Shown here: piece by piece, positions 9,523-20,682 of the stretch
Layout: the number at the start of each line of letters is the position of its first letter
Position numbering within the stretch: the first letter of the stretch is position 1
From: Erysipelothrix larvae
Lineage (GTDB): Bacteria > Bacillota_I > Bacilli_A > Erysipelotrichales > Erysipelotrichaceae
Direction of reading: 5' to 3'
Length of the DNA stretch: 32,000 nt
Assembly (NCBI RefSeq): GCF_001545095.1
Contig: NZ_CP013213.1
Location: 1,170,001 to 1,202,000 of the forward strand
Program-made: the position numbers and the translations under genes
The notes under the pieces: model-generated
Databases searched by the model: none
The model's input: only the letters and a program-made list of their open reading frames with translations
Told to the model about the DNA's origin: nothing

Positions 9523-10287
9523 ATGAAAGACTTAGAAATGCTCTATTTTGATGTGGATGGAACGTTGCTTGACAACAAAAATAACGTCATTCCACACACA
9601 ACTGTTGAAGCTTTAAATGAATTAAAACAACAAGGATATAAACTTGCCTTATGTACTGGAAGAAACATTACCGCAATTGATATCGTGAAAGATCTCGTAT
9701 CATGGGATGGATATGTTTTATCAAATGGATGTGCGGTATATGATCATAACTTAAATTTAATTTACGAGAAACCATTTGAGCCAGACTTTGTGTCACGCCT
9801 TATCCAAGCATCACATGCACCTCTGTTTTTGGAGGGTGAAAATATATACTTTTCAAAAGAACCGCATGACAAACTTAAAAAGGCGTTATCCTTCTTTAGT
9901 TCTTATTCAAACATTGATATTTTAGACTATGATAATCATAAAATATACAATATTATGAGCTATGATTATGACGATCTAAATTTTGAGATTATCCCTGATT
10001 TTGATACACAAGCGGATACAATGTTTGATGTGTTGGGGAATGTTGAAATCATTCCAAAAGATTCAGGTAAACATAGAGGTTGTAATGTTTTAAATTCTTA
10101 TCTAAACATTACGCACTATGCTGGGTTTGGTGATGGCGAAAATGATATTGATTTCTTAAAAAATGCACCAATCTCTGTCGCAATGGGAAATGCACGAGAT
10201 CATGTCAAAGAAGTAGCGCAATATATCACAAGTGATGTCGGAGACCATGGAATACTAAATGGTCTAAAAATGCTAGGACTTTTATAA
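9523..10287 (+). CDS. Cof-type HAD-IIB phosphatase
   Basis: HAD motifs FDVDGTLL, CTGR and GDGENDIDF, with a cap domain between them. Confidence 0.8.
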   Translation: MKDLEMLYFDVDGTLLDNKNNVIPHTTVEALNELKQQGYKLALCTGRNITAIDIVKDLVSWDGYVLSNGCAVYDHNLNLIYEKPFEPDFVSRLIQASHAPLFLEGENIYFSKEPHDKLKKALSFFSSYSNIDILDYDNHKIYNIMSYDYDDLNFEIIPDFDTQADTMFDVLGNVEIIPKDSGKHRGCNVLNSYLNITHYAGFGDGENDIDFLKNAPISVAMGNARDHVKEVAQYITSDVGDHGILNGLKMLGLL

Positions 10288-10297
10288 GGGGAACATT

Positions 10298-10876
10298 ATG
10301 GATGCAAAACAACTAGACAAACAAAGAAAAAACGAAGAAAAAGCAAATATATTCAGGGATTCAAAACGCCGTGTCGTTTATCCAATAAACTATACTGACC
10401 AAGCATATGTTTTAAGTCAAGATAACATAGGACGTGTGCTATTCTATGATACTCGTATTGTATTTGCGTTGTTACCAATAGCGCTTATTTTTGGGTTATT
10501 TGGGAAATATTTAATCCCAGCTGTGATACTTGGACTTGTGCTTTATAGTGCAATCTATATTTACTTTAATAAATTTTTCTTTCCAACCCTAAGGGTTATT
10601 AAATTAAAACCAGATGATTATGCGTATACAGTGAGTTTAACGGTTTTAAAAATGAAACGTCAGGAACGTCTAATTCGAGCATTAATGGGACTTATTATTT
10701 TAATCTTGATTGTGAATTTTGTGATTGTTTCTTACACTCAAGGAGATCAAGATATGTTGAATCTTGTCAGCTCATCTGTTTCCATCTTCTTGACTGCCCT
10801 ACTCTTAGCATTTGAGCTTAAAGACATCTTTAAGATATCTAAATTAATCAAGGAAAAGAAAAAAGAAACAGCGTAA
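10298..10876 (+). CDS. Hypothetical integral membrane protein (about 4 hydrophobic helices, basic termini)
   Basis: GGGGA SD. Hydrophobic segments IVFALLPIALIFGLFG, IPAVILGLVLYSAIYIYF, LMGLIILILIVNFVIVSY and VSIFLTALLLAF. No family recognised. Confidence 0.6.
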   Translation: MDAKQLDKQRKNEEKANIFRDSKRRVVYPINYTDQAYVLSQDNIGRVLFYDTRIVFALLPIALIFGLFGKYLIPAVILGLVLYSAIYIYFNKFFFPTLRVIKLKPDDYAYTVSLTVLKMKRQERLIRALMGLIILILIVNFVIVSYTQGDQDMLNLVSSSVSIFLTALLLAFELKDIFKISKLIKEKKKETA

Positions 10877-10901
10877 ATAAAGGACGTAATCATAACGCGA
10901 T

Positions 10902-10931
10902 AAGAACTGCAGTTGTATGCAGTTCTTTTTT
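10902..10931 (+). terminator. Rho-independent terminator after the membrane-protein gene
   Basis: AAGAACTGCA-gttgta-TGCAGTTCTT (10-bp perfect stem) followed by a T-run. Confidence 0.85.
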
Positions 10932-10974
10932 GATTTTATTGATCCATAAATGCTTGGATTTGATATCATATTAT

Positions 10975-11000
10975 AAAAAAACTCGTTGAAACGAGTTTTT
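10975..11000 (-). terminator. Rho-independent terminator of clpB (bidirectional shape)
   Basis: The minus strand reads UAA-AA-ACUCGU-UUCA-ACGAGU-UUUUUU. It is flanked by an A-run and a T-run, so it can act on both strands. Confidence 0.7.
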
Positions 11001-13554
11001 AGTTTAAGCGAATTGATGGGTCTACGATATTGATTGTAAATCCTTCTGAATTCGCATCCACAAAGATTGTTGAATTGTCTTCAGTATCCTTCGCAATTAG
11101 TTCATAAGCAATCTTGTTTTCAATTTCATTTTGAATATAGCGTTTCATTGGACGTGCACCATAGGTCACATCCCCACCATCGTGTGCGATTTTCTGAACT
11201 GCTTCATCACTCACATCTAAAATGAGGTTTCGTTTTTGAAGTCGAGCACCCAGCTCGTTAATGAATTTGCGTGCAATTTCAACAAGTGCATGGGGTGTCA
11301 GTGCATTAAAGACGATAATTTCATCGACACGATTGATGAATTCAGGTTTAAAGCTTGATTTCACTGTATCCATGATCTTATCATATCGTTTACTCTCATC
11401 ATAATCAAAGACATGTTGACTTCCTAAGTTTGAAGTCATGATGATGATAGTATTTTTGAAATCAACCGTGACCCCTTTAGAATCCGTAATTCGTCCATCA
11501 TCAAGAATTTGTAAGAGCACATTGAAGACATCAGGATGTGCTTTTTCAATTTCATCAAGCAAGACAATGCTGTATGGATGGCGTCGTACAGCTTCAGTAA
11601 GCTGTCCGCCTTGTTCATACCCTACATAACCAGGAGGCGCGCCAATGAGTCGCGATACATTGTGTTTTTCCATGTATTCGCTCATATCAAGTCGTACGAT
11701 GTTATTTCGATCGTCAAAAAGTTGTTCAGCAAGTACACGTGCGACTTCTGTCTTACCAACACCTGTTGGTCCTAAGAACATAAATGAACCTAAAGGTCTG
11801 TTTTCATCTTGAATCTGTGCTTTGGCTCTTAGGATTGTATCTGTGACACGTTGTAATGCTTCATCTTGACCTTTTACTTGTTGGCCTAGAATACTCTTTA
11901 AATGGATGAGTTTGTTTCGTTGTGAATCAACAAGACGGCGTACATCGATATGTGTCCATTTGGATACAATCTCTGCAATTAAGTCTTCCGTTACAATTTC
12001 TTGAATCATACCATCATGACCTTGTTCTTGGTTTTCTTCTGCAATAATTTTCTCAAGATGTGGAATGGTTTCGTATTGAAGTCGCGCTGCATCTTCATAA
12101 CGCGCTTCATTTTGAGCACGTTCAAAATCACGCCGAGCTTTTTCAAGTCGTTCTTTTGCATGTTTGACTTCGTCAAGGTCTGCTTTTTCCTTTTCCCATT
12201 GGCCATATAAAACATCATAGCGTTCTTTAAGATTTTGAAGTTCGTCAACGATTTCTTCCAAGCGATCAAGTGCTTTTGAATCCGTTTCTTTTTGGAGTGC
12301 TTTCTCCTCAATTTCAAGTTGACGAATCTTACGCATTAATTCATCCAATTCTTGTGGCATAGATTCCATTTCTACTCGAATGGATGCACAGGCTTCATCG
12401 ATTAGATCGATTGCTTTATCAGGTAAGAATCGATCCGTAATGTAACGGTTGGACAAGGTTGCTGCAGCAACAATTGCCTCATCCAAAATTTTAACACCAT
12501 GATGTGATTCAAAGCGATCTTTGAGTCCACGTAGAATGGACACTGTATCATCTACTGTTGGTTCTGATACTAAAACACGTTGGAAACGACGCTCAAGTGC
12601 TGCATCTTTCTCAATATGTTGACGGTATTCATTGAAGGTTGTTGCCCCAATCAGATGAAGCTCACCACGTGCTAACATGGGTTTTAAGAGATTTGCAGCA
12701 TCCATTGAGCCTTCAGTTTTACCTGCACCAACAAGATTGTGAAGCTCATCGATAAAGAGAATAATTTGTCCTTGGGCTTCTTTCACTTCATTTAATACTG
12801 CTTTGAGTCGTTCTTCAAATTCACCCCGGTATTTTGCACCGGCAATCAAAGAACCCATATCCAATTCAATCAAACGTTTCTCTTTAATGCTAAAAGGCAC
12901 ATCACCGCGCATAATCCGCCATGCTAACCCTTCAACTATTGCGGTTTTCCCAACACCGGGTTCACCAATAAGCACCGGATTATTCTTTGTTTTTCGAGAT
13001 AAGATCTCGATAACTCGTCGAATTTCATCGTCACGACCGATGATTGGATCAACCTTATTATCGCGTACATCTTGAACAAGATCACGTCCATACTTTAATA
13101 GTGCGTTCAATTGATTTTCGCCAGTTGGTGATTGAATTGTTTTACCACCTCTAAATGCATCAATGGCTGCATCGACTTCTTTTAAACTTCCTTTTGGTAT
13201 GTATGATGCTTTTGTATCAAAGGCTGCGTGAAGCAGTGCAAAAACAGACACATAGGTATCACCTTTTTTCTCTGCCCAGCGCTGTGCATTCGTAAGCAGT
13301 TGACCACTTTCATTAGAAAATTGAAGTTGTCCTGATCCGCCGCTTGCACTTTGATTTAAGCTTTGATTCACACTCTCCAAGATTTCATCGGAATTGAGTG
13401 ATGTTTGCTTCAGAATTGATTGTGTGTCTGTGTCTAGTAACAATGCTTTCATAATATGTGCATTGTTTACAAGTGTATGATTGTATGACATTGCCAATTG
13501 TGCTGCTTCTTGCAAGATCGCTTGTGCTTTTTCTGTCATTTTATTTGAGTCCAT
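10999..13554 (-). CDS. clpB: AAA+ disaggregase ClpB
   Basis: Two AAA+ modules ([15 protein letters not shown] / FIDELH, and [12 protein letters not shown] / LLDEIEKAH) separated by a long coiled-coil M-domain. GGAGG SD. Confidence 0.93.
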   Translation of the reverse strand: MDSNKMTEKAQAILQEAAQLAMSYNHTLVNNAHIMKALLLDTDTQSILKQTSLNSDEILESVNQSLNQSASGGSGQLQFSNESGQLLTNAQRWAEKKGDTYVSVFALLHAAFDTKASYIPKGSLKEVDAAIDAFRGGKTIQSPTGENQLNALLKYGRDLVQDVRDNKVDPIIGRDDEIRRVIEILSRKTKNNPVLIGEPGVGKTAIVEGLAWRIMRGDVPFSIKEKRLIELDMGSLIAGAKYRGEFEERLKAVLNEVKEAQGQIILFIDELHNLVGAGKTEGSMDAANLLKPMLARGELHLIGATTFNEYRQHIEKDAALERRFQRVLVSEPTVDDTVSILRGLKDRFESHHGVKILDEAIVAAATLSNRYITDRFLPDKAIDLIDEACASIRVEMESMPQELDELMRKIRQLEIEEKALQKETDSKALDRLEEIVDELQNLKERYDVLYGQWEKEKADLDEVKHAKERLEKARRDFERAQNEARYEDAARLQYETIPHLEKIIAEENQEQGHDGMIQEIVTEDLIAEIVSKWTHIDVRRLVDSQRNKLIHLKSILGQQVKGQDEALQRVTDTILRAKAQIQDENRPLGSFMFLGPTGVGKTEVARVLAEQLFDDRNNIVRLDMSEYMEKHNVSRLIGAPPGYVGYEQGGQLTEAVRRHPYSIVLLDEIEKAHPDVFNVLLQILDDGRITDSKGVTVDFKNTIIIMTSNLGSQHVFDYDESKRYDKIMDTVKSSFKPEFINRVDEIIVFNALTPHALVEIARKFINELGARLQKRNLILDVSDEAVQKIAHDGGDVTYGARPMKRYIQNEIENKIAYELIAKDTEDNSTIFVDANSEGFTINIVDPSIRLN

Positions 13555-13576
13555 ATGTTCACCTCCATCTGTCTCT

Positions 13577-13606
13577 ATTATAGCACTCTAAACGATTGAG
13601 TGCTAA
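13577..13606 (-). promoter_or_regulatory. clpB promoter fully overlapped by a CIRCE operator
   Basis: The minus strand reads TTAGCACTC-aatcgttta-GAGTGCTAt (17/18 to CIRCE). The same bases provide a TTAGCA -35-like hexamer, an 18-nt spacer, and an extended -10 TGcTATAAT. GGAGG and the ATG follow. Confidence 0.85.
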
Positions 13607-13616
13607 CTCATGCTCT

Positions 13617-13641
13617 AAAGAAAGTGACACGTGAATGTCAC
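13617..13641 (-). terminator. Terminator after dnaJ, separating the dnaK operon from clpB
   Basis: The minus strand reads GUGACA-UUCACG-UGUCAC followed by UUUCUUU. The dnaJ stop codon is inside the 5' arm. Confidence 0.6.
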
Positions 13642-14753
13642 TTAAAATTCTTTTTAAATCGTTCAAATACAGAATCATTTTTTCCTTCTGCTTGTTTGAT
13701 TTTTTCAAATAAACTCTTCTCTTCACGATTCAGTTTCTTAGGTACTTCAACCTTAACTTCCACATATTGATCACCATAGTTATCAGAGCGCAAGTCTTTT
13801 ACTCCCTTACCACGTAATCTAAAGCGTGTGTTTGGTTGGGTTCCTGCTGGAATTGTGAGAGACACATCACCATGTACTGTAGGAACATCAACTTGTGTTC
13901 CTAAGATTGCATCGACTGCAGAAATAGGAATGCTCACATTAATGTTGTTGCCTTCACGAACGAAGTGTTTGTGTGGATTTACAACGATTTCAACATATAA
14001 GTCGCCATTTGGACCGCCATTTGCACCGCGTTCACCCTTACCACTTACACGAAGTTGTTGTCCTGAAACAATGCCGGCTGGCACATGAATTTCAACGTCA
14101 ACACGTTTTGAAACATAGCCATGTCCATGACAGTTTTCACATTTACGAGCGATTGTTTTACCCGTCCCACTACAATCTGGACAGACACCTGTTGATTCAA
14201 AAACACCAAATGGTGTCCGTTGTTGTGTTGTTACATGACCTGAACCACCACAGCGTGAACATGTTTTTATATCTTCACGTGAATGAGCTCCTGAACCATG
14301 ACAAACAGTACAGGTTTCATCAACAGTCATTTTAACGGTCTTGTCAACACCAAAGACAGCTTCCATGAAGTCAATACGCATGGTCATGAAGCGATTATCC
14401 CCTTGACGCGGACCAGAAGCGGTTCGTCTTGAACCGCCTCCAAATCCACCACCAAATCCTCCTCCGAAGAATTGGCTGAATATATCGCCCATATCAAAGC
14501 CTGCTCCTCCACCAAATCCACCGGATTGATCGAAAGCAGCATGACCGTATTGGTCATATTGCGCACGTTTGGTTGAATCACTTAAGATATCATATGCTTC
14601 TTGAACTTCTTTAAACTTCTCAGAAGCATCCTCTGATTTGTTAACATCAGGGTGATATTGTTTTGCGAGTTTACGATATGCTTTTTTTATTTCCGCATCA
14701 CTTGCGGACTTGTTGACACCGAGTATCTCATAATAATCTTTCTTTTGAGCCAT
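13638..14753 (-). CDS. dnaJ: Co-chaperone DnaJ
   Basis: J-domain (YHPDVNK), G/F-rich linker, and four CxxCxGxG zinc-finger repeats. Confidence 0.95.
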   Translation of the reverse strand: MAQKKDYYEILGVNKSASDAEIKKAYRKLAKQYHPDVNKSEDASEKFKEVQEAYDILSDSTKRAQYDQYGHAAFDQSGGFGGGAGFDMGDIFSQFFGGGFGGGFGGGSRRTASGPRQGDNRFMTMRIDFMEAVFGVDKTVKMTVDETCTVCHGSGAHSREDIKTCSRCGGSGHVTTQQRTPFGVFESTGVCPDCSGTGKTIARKCENCHGHGYVSKRVDVEIHVPAGIVSGQQLRVSGKGERGANGGPNGDLYVEIVVNPHKHFVREGNNINVSIPISAVDAILGTQVDVPTVHGDVSLTIPAGTQPNTRFRLRGKGVKDLRSDNYGDQYVEVKVEVPKKLNREEKSLFEKIKQAEGKNDSVFERFKKNFK

Positions 14754-14778
14754 AAGTCACCTCCGCAAGTCCTATCGA

Positions 14779-16584
<1,806 letters not shown>

Positions 16585-17115
16585 CTATTCGCTTACCTTA
16601 ACTAAACTAGCGCGTAATACTCTATCTTTAATCATATACCCACGTTGAAATTCTTCAACCACTGTATTGGGTTCTACCCCTTCTACTGCTTCAGCAACCA
16701 GTGCTTGATGAATGTTTGGGTCAAAGGGTTTGTTTAATGCATCAATTTGCACAACACCCTCTTGTTTTAGTGCTTCAAGAATTTGATCATAGATCATCTT
16801 CACACCATCACGATATGATTGCCCTTCAACCACCTCTTGATTCAAGGCTCTTTCAAGATTATCAATCGCTGGTAAAATCGAATGTGCAAATGTTTGAACG
16901 CGATATTTCATGGATAAATCATAGTCACGTTCTAACCGTTTTTTCATGTTATCTGCATCTGCAAATACTTTTAGGTAATCATTTTTACTTACTTCTAATG
17001 CTGTTTTTAATTCTTCATTTTCTTTCATTAAAGCTTCAACAATTGGATCAAGCGTTGCTTCATCATTCTTTTTGAGCTCTTTTTCTTCAGCTTTTTTCTT
17101 ATTCTTGCTCATCAT
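16585..17115 (-). CDS. grpE: Nucleotide exchange factor GrpE
   Basis: Charged coiled-coil N-terminus plus a GrpE C-terminal domain, positioned between hrcA and dnaK. The start is ambiguous (17130, 17115 or 17112). It overlaps the hrcA 3' end. Confidence 0.85.
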   Translation of the reverse strand: MMSKNKKKAEEKELKKNDEATLDPIVEALMKENEELKTALEVSKNDYLKVFADADNMKKRLERDYDLSMKYRVQTFAHSILPAIDNLERALNQEVVEGQSYRDGVKMIYDQILEALKQEGVVQIDALNKPFDPNIHQALVAEAVEGVEPNTVVEEFQRGYMIKDRVLRASLVKVSE

Positions 17116-18127
17116 TGCCACCTTTCCCATAGACTTTTTCTATCATTGTTGTTACAAACTCAACGAGCGAAACAACACGTCCATATTCCATTCTACTTGG
17201 ACCGACAACCATCAGTGTGTGTTCTTGGTCATCATCAAGGACAAAAGATCCTGAAACAACAGCCATATCATCAATCCAAACGAGTTCACTGTGATCACCT
17301 TTACGAAGGCGCAGATTGTCGTGTGACATTGACAACTCTTTCCACATCTGTGAGTTTTCCAACATTTCCATTAATTCACGTAATTTATGAATATCAGAGA
17401 ACTCGGGTTGATATAGCATGTTGGATTGCCCTGAAGCATAAACTTCTTCTTGAGCAAATTTCATAAACGCTCCAACAAACGCTTCAAACAGCATTTCATA
17501 TTGCGTTAAACGCTGTGATAGAAGAGGCTTCAGGCTTTCCATCTTCTCAACTACTTCTGATAAAGGCGTTCCTACAAGTCTGTCATTTAAAATTGTTGTA
17601 CAAGCTTGCATTTCATCCACATTAACAGAATATTCAAAATTGAAGATTCGATGTTCTACATGTCCATTTTCAGTTTCAAAAATCGCAATTGCACTTCGAT
17701 CGTTGACAGGAATCAGCTGAACATTCTCTAGACGCTCTTGATTTGAGCTGGGACCTAACACCATTGATGTGAGGTTTGTCATTTGAGTTAGGATATTAAC
17801 ACTTTGCTTAATCGCCTCTTCAAGACCAACTTTACGATCTTGAAAAATACGTGTAATCGCATGTTCAATTCCAACATTCGCTTGCTCTTCCATATAATGT
17901 TCTACATAAAAACGATATCCCTTGCTTGATGGGACTCGTCCACTTGATGTATGAGTTTTTTCCAATAACCCAAGTTTTTCAAGGTCTTGCATCTCATTAC
18001 GAATCGTAGCTGAAGAATACGGCATTTGGTACTTTTCAATCAACAATTTAGAGCCAACGGGTTCAGCTGTTGTAATGAACTCTTTGACAATCGCTTTAAA
18101 GATTTCAACTTTTCTTGGAGTTAGCAT
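17099..18127 (-). CDS. hrcA: Heat-inducible transcription repressor HrcA
   Basis: N-terminal winged helix (LTPRKVEIFKAIVKEFITTAEPVGSK), first gene of the hrcA-grpE-dnaK-dnaJ order. Start trimmed to ATG 18127, with a GGAGG SD 7 nt upstream. Confidence 0.9.
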   Translation of the reverse strand: MLTPRKVEIFKAIVKEFITTAEPVGSKLLIEKYQMPYSSATIRNEMQDLEKLGLLEKTHTSSGRVPSSKGYRFYVEHYMEEQANVGIEHAITRIFQDRKVGLEEAIKQSVNILTQMTNLTSMVLGPSSNQERLENVQLIPVNDRSAIAIFETENGHVEHRIFNFEYSVNVDEMQACTTILNDRLVGTPLSEVVEKMESLKPLLSQRLTQYEMLFEAFVGAFMKFAQEEVYASGQSNMLYQPEFSDIHKLRELMEMLENSQMWKELSMSHDNLRLRKGDHSELVWIDDMAVVSGSFVLDDDQEHTLMVVGPSRMEYGRVVSLVEFVTTMIEKVYGKGGNDEQE

Positions 18128-18138
18128 CACATCGCCTC

Positions 18139-18165
18139 CTAGCACTCTTATATGCTACGTGATAA
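18139..18165 (-). promoter_or_regulatory. Second, degenerate CIRCE-like site spanning the hrcA 5'-UTR up to the SD
   Basis: The minus strand reads TTATCACGT-agcatataa-GAGTGCTAG. The left arm matches 6/9 and the right arm 8/9, with N9 spacing kept. It ends inside the GGAGG SD. Confidence 0.45.
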
Positions 18166-18193
18166 TTATAATCAAAATAATTAGCACTGTCAA
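18165..18193 (-). promoter_or_regulatory. sigmaA-type promoter of the hrcA operon (TTGACA-N17-TATAAT)
   Basis: Perfect -35 (plus 18188-18193) and perfect -10 (plus 18165-18170) with a 17-nt spacer. The -35 lies inside the CIRCE spacer and right arm. Confidence 0.8.
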
Positions 18194-18207
18194 CATTTGA
18201 GTGCTAA
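18181..18207 (-). promoter_or_regulatory. CIRCE operator (HrcA site) at the hrcA promoter
   Basis: The minus strand reads TTAGCACTC-aaatgttga-CAGTGCTAA. This is 17/18 against the consensus TTAGCACTC-N9-GAGTGCTAA. Confidence 0.9.
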
Positions 18208-18235
18208 AAAGAAAAAGAAATGCTTATCGCATTTC
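18206..18235 (-). terminator. Terminator after rsmD
   Basis: The minus strand reads GAAAUGC-GAUAA-GCAUUUC followed by UUUUUCUUUUU. The U-tract runs into the CIRCE left arm. Confidence 0.65.
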
Positions 18236-18760
18236 ATATGTATGTAATCGTGCAACGCCATAATCGCGTTGATCTGTTTTAATTAAGGATCCAATTGTAT
18301 CGGGTAAACTATGTTTCTTATCCGTTTCAATAATCATGATCCCACCTATTTTAACACATTTTTCTAAGTTTTGGGCGATTTCAAGCGTATTTTCATACGC
18401 ATATGGTGGATCCATAAAAATAAAATCAAATTGCTGAGACATCTTTTGCGTAACAACCCGTGCATCACCAGATAGAACGTTTGTTTGGGCTGTCACTCCC
18501 AATGCCTGGATATTTTTTTTGATGATCCCCACTGCGGATTTTTCTTTTTCAATAAAGGTCACAAAATCTAACCCTCGACTTAACCCTTCAAGCCCAACAG
18601 CACCACTGCCTGCAAACACATCCAAACCGGTTCCCCCATCAAAGTAAGGACCAATCTTGCTGAAAAGCGCTGTTTTTAGACGATCAGAGCTGGGTCTAGT
18701 GTTATCTCCAGGCAATGTGAAGAGTTTTCGTGAGCCATAGGTTCCTGCAATGATTCTCAT
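18224..18760 (-). CDS. rsmD: 16S rRNA (guanine966-N2)-methyltransferase RsmD
   Basis: MRIIAGTYGSRKL...RPSSDRLK start and FMDPPYAY motif. ATGA overlap with the upstream SEDS gene. Confidence 0.85.
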   Translation of the reverse strand: MRIIAGTYGSRKLFTLPGDNTRPSSDRLKTALFSKIGPYFDGGTGLDVFAGSGAVGLEGLSRGLDFVTFIEKEKSAVGIIKKNIQALGVTAQTNVLSGDARVVTQKMSQQFDFIFMDPPYAYENTLEIAQNLEKCVKIGGIMIIETDKKHSLPDTIGSLIKTDQRDYGVARLHTYEMR

Positions 18761-19956
18761 GATTTACTATTTTGAATCTTTGTCGATTCTGCATTTCTAG
18801 CAATTACATTTTGACATAATCCAATCGCCATCATAATTGCAAGACGGCTAGATCCCCCTGCTGAGATAAAAAGCAACGGTACCCCCGTTAATGGAATGAG
18901 TGCAGTGACGCCTCCAACATTCAAGAAGAAATGGAAGAATATATAGGCAATTGTACCTACTAAGATGATGCGGTCTTTTTCATTTTTAATAAATAATGCA
19001 TTTTTCATGAGCTCAAACACAATTACCACATAACCAATGAATATTGGTAAAAATCCAAAGATGACACCAAGCTCTTCAACTACTGAAGCAAGAATTGAAT
19101 CGGTTTCTACTGCAAAGATATAGCTGTATTTTAAGAATCCTTTTCCATACCCAACACCAAACCATCCCCCTTGTACAAAGGCAGCAAGTCCGTTAAATAT
19201 TTGCATTCCAGGTCCATAGCGATCTGCAAAAGGGTCAAAACTTGTTTTAAATCGATTTATCATATAATCACTGATATGAACAAACTTCATCACTTCCATA
19301 CCTAATTCGGTAACGGATAAAAACATCAGGATTAAAACTAATAATGCTAATGCAAATAATACAATTTGGGTTTTGTACAGACTCCCATGTGACGAGACTA
19401 AGGAGCAAAACACAGCAATTCCTAATATAATTAACCCACTTCCGAAGTCTTTTTGTGCGATTACTACGATACCTACAATAATAGAAACAATTATAATAGG
19501 ATGTGTTAAAATATCCGATGCGGTTTTGTTTTTATTTTTTATCCCACCAGTAGTTCTTGCCATAATGAGAATAACGCCAATTTTCGCAAACTCTGAAGGT
19601 TGAATCGTAATTCCAAAAAATCGAATCCATGCTCGGGTATCACTTCCTGGTGCTGGAGCAAAAGCCATCGTTGATATCAAAAGGATAAATAATACCAATA
19701 AAAAAAGCCAATAATACTTTTCGAAAGTCTTTTGTTTATAACTTCGGGCCAGTAATACCATCATGTAATAAGAAACTGTGATAAAAAACAGTTCCTTTGC
19801 AATTACCACTAATAAAGCAGTTGAACTTGTAGCATCTTTTGTTGCAGTTGCCGATATAATCATAAATAAACCAAAAAGCGTCAATAAAATCACTGACGCA
19901 TGAATCCATTTTGAGTAACCTTTCGGCATTGCAAGAGAAATTTTTCTTAGTTTCAT
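18757..19956 (-). CDS. SEDS-family peptidoglycan glycosyltransferase (FtsW/RodA)
   Basis: ~10-TM protein with the SEDS-type C-terminal region (GVTALIPLTGVPLLFISAGGSS). FtsW and RodA cannot be told apart from the sequence alone. Confidence 0.85.
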   Translation of the reverse strand: MKLRKISLAMPKGYSKWIHASVILLTLFGLFMIISATATKDATSSTALLVVIAKELFFITVSYYMMVLLARSYKQKTFEKYYWLFLLVLFILLISTMAFAPAPGSDTRAWIRFFGITIQPSEFAKIGVILIMARTTGGIKNKNKTASDILTHPIIIVSIIVGIVVIAQKDFGSGLIILGIAVFCSLVSSHGSLYKTQIVLFALALLVLILMFLSVTELGMEVMKFVHISDYMINRFKTSFDPFADRYGPGMQIFNGLAAFVQGGWFGVGYGKGFLKYSYIFAVETDSILASVVEELGVIFGFLPIFIGYVVIVFELMKNALFIKNEKDRIILVGTIAYIFFHFFLNVGGVTALIPLTGVPLLFISAGGSSRLAIMMAIGLCQNVIARNAESTKIQNSKS

Positions 19957-19962
19957 GGTATT

Positions 19963-19971
19963 ATATTACCA
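19963..19971 (-). promoter_or_regulatory. Extended -10 (TGgTAATAT) placed 6 nt from the ATG of the SEDS gene (leaderless geometry)
   Basis: The minus strand reads TGGTAATAT-aatacc-ATG(19956). No SD. Confidence 0.45.
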
Positions 19972-20101
19972 TATTCTCATCATTTTGAAATCGTTAGACT
20001 TTAAATTATTTAAATATTTTAGTATTATATACAAAAGATAGCTATAATTTTTCTTTGATTTAGCGTATAATATACTAGACAAATTTGGAGTAGAACATAA
20101 A

Positions 20102-20674
20102 ATGAATATGAAGATAAATATGGATACAATTATACAGGATCCAAATCCTGTTTTGCGTGCACAGGCAAAACCTGTGCCACTTCCTCTTAGTGATGAGGAT
20201 AGAGAAACATTAATGACGATGTTACAATATGTAAGAGATTCGCAAGATGAAGCCTTAGCTGAGGCAAATAACTTACAACCTGCTGTTGGAATCGCTGCAC
20301 CACAAATTGGTGTATCAAAGCAAATGTCCGCGATTCGACTTGTTGATTATAATGATGATGACGAAGAAATCGTCAGTGAGTATGCGCTTGTTAATCCAAG
20401 AATCATCTCACACTCAGAAAAAAAATGTGCCCTTTCTTTAGGTGAAGGATGCTTATCAATTCGTGAAGAACATGCGGGGTTTGTACCACGCCATTTGCGC
20501 GTCAAAGTTAAGGCTTATGACGCACTCTTAGACAAAGAAATCGTAATACAATTATCAAATTATGCATCAATTGTATTTCAACATGAAATTGACCACCTAC
20601 ACGGTGTACTTTTCTACGATACCATTAATACAGAAAATCCTTGGGATGATTCAAATCTCAAGATAATAGAATAG
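20102..20674 (+). CDS. def: Peptide deformylase
   Basis: The three Def motifs GIAAPQIG, EGCLS and HEIDH. Confidence 0.93.
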   Translation: MNMKINMDTIIQDPNPVLRAQAKPVPLPLSDEDRETLMTMLQYVRDSQDEALAEANNLQPAVGIAAPQIGVSKQMSAIRLVDYNDDDEEIVSEYALVNPRIISHSEKKCALSLGEGCLSIREEHAGFVPRHLRVKVKAYDALLDKEIVIQLSNYASIVFQHEIDHLHGVLFYDTINTENPWDDSNLKIIE

Positions 20675-20682
20675 GAGCAATT

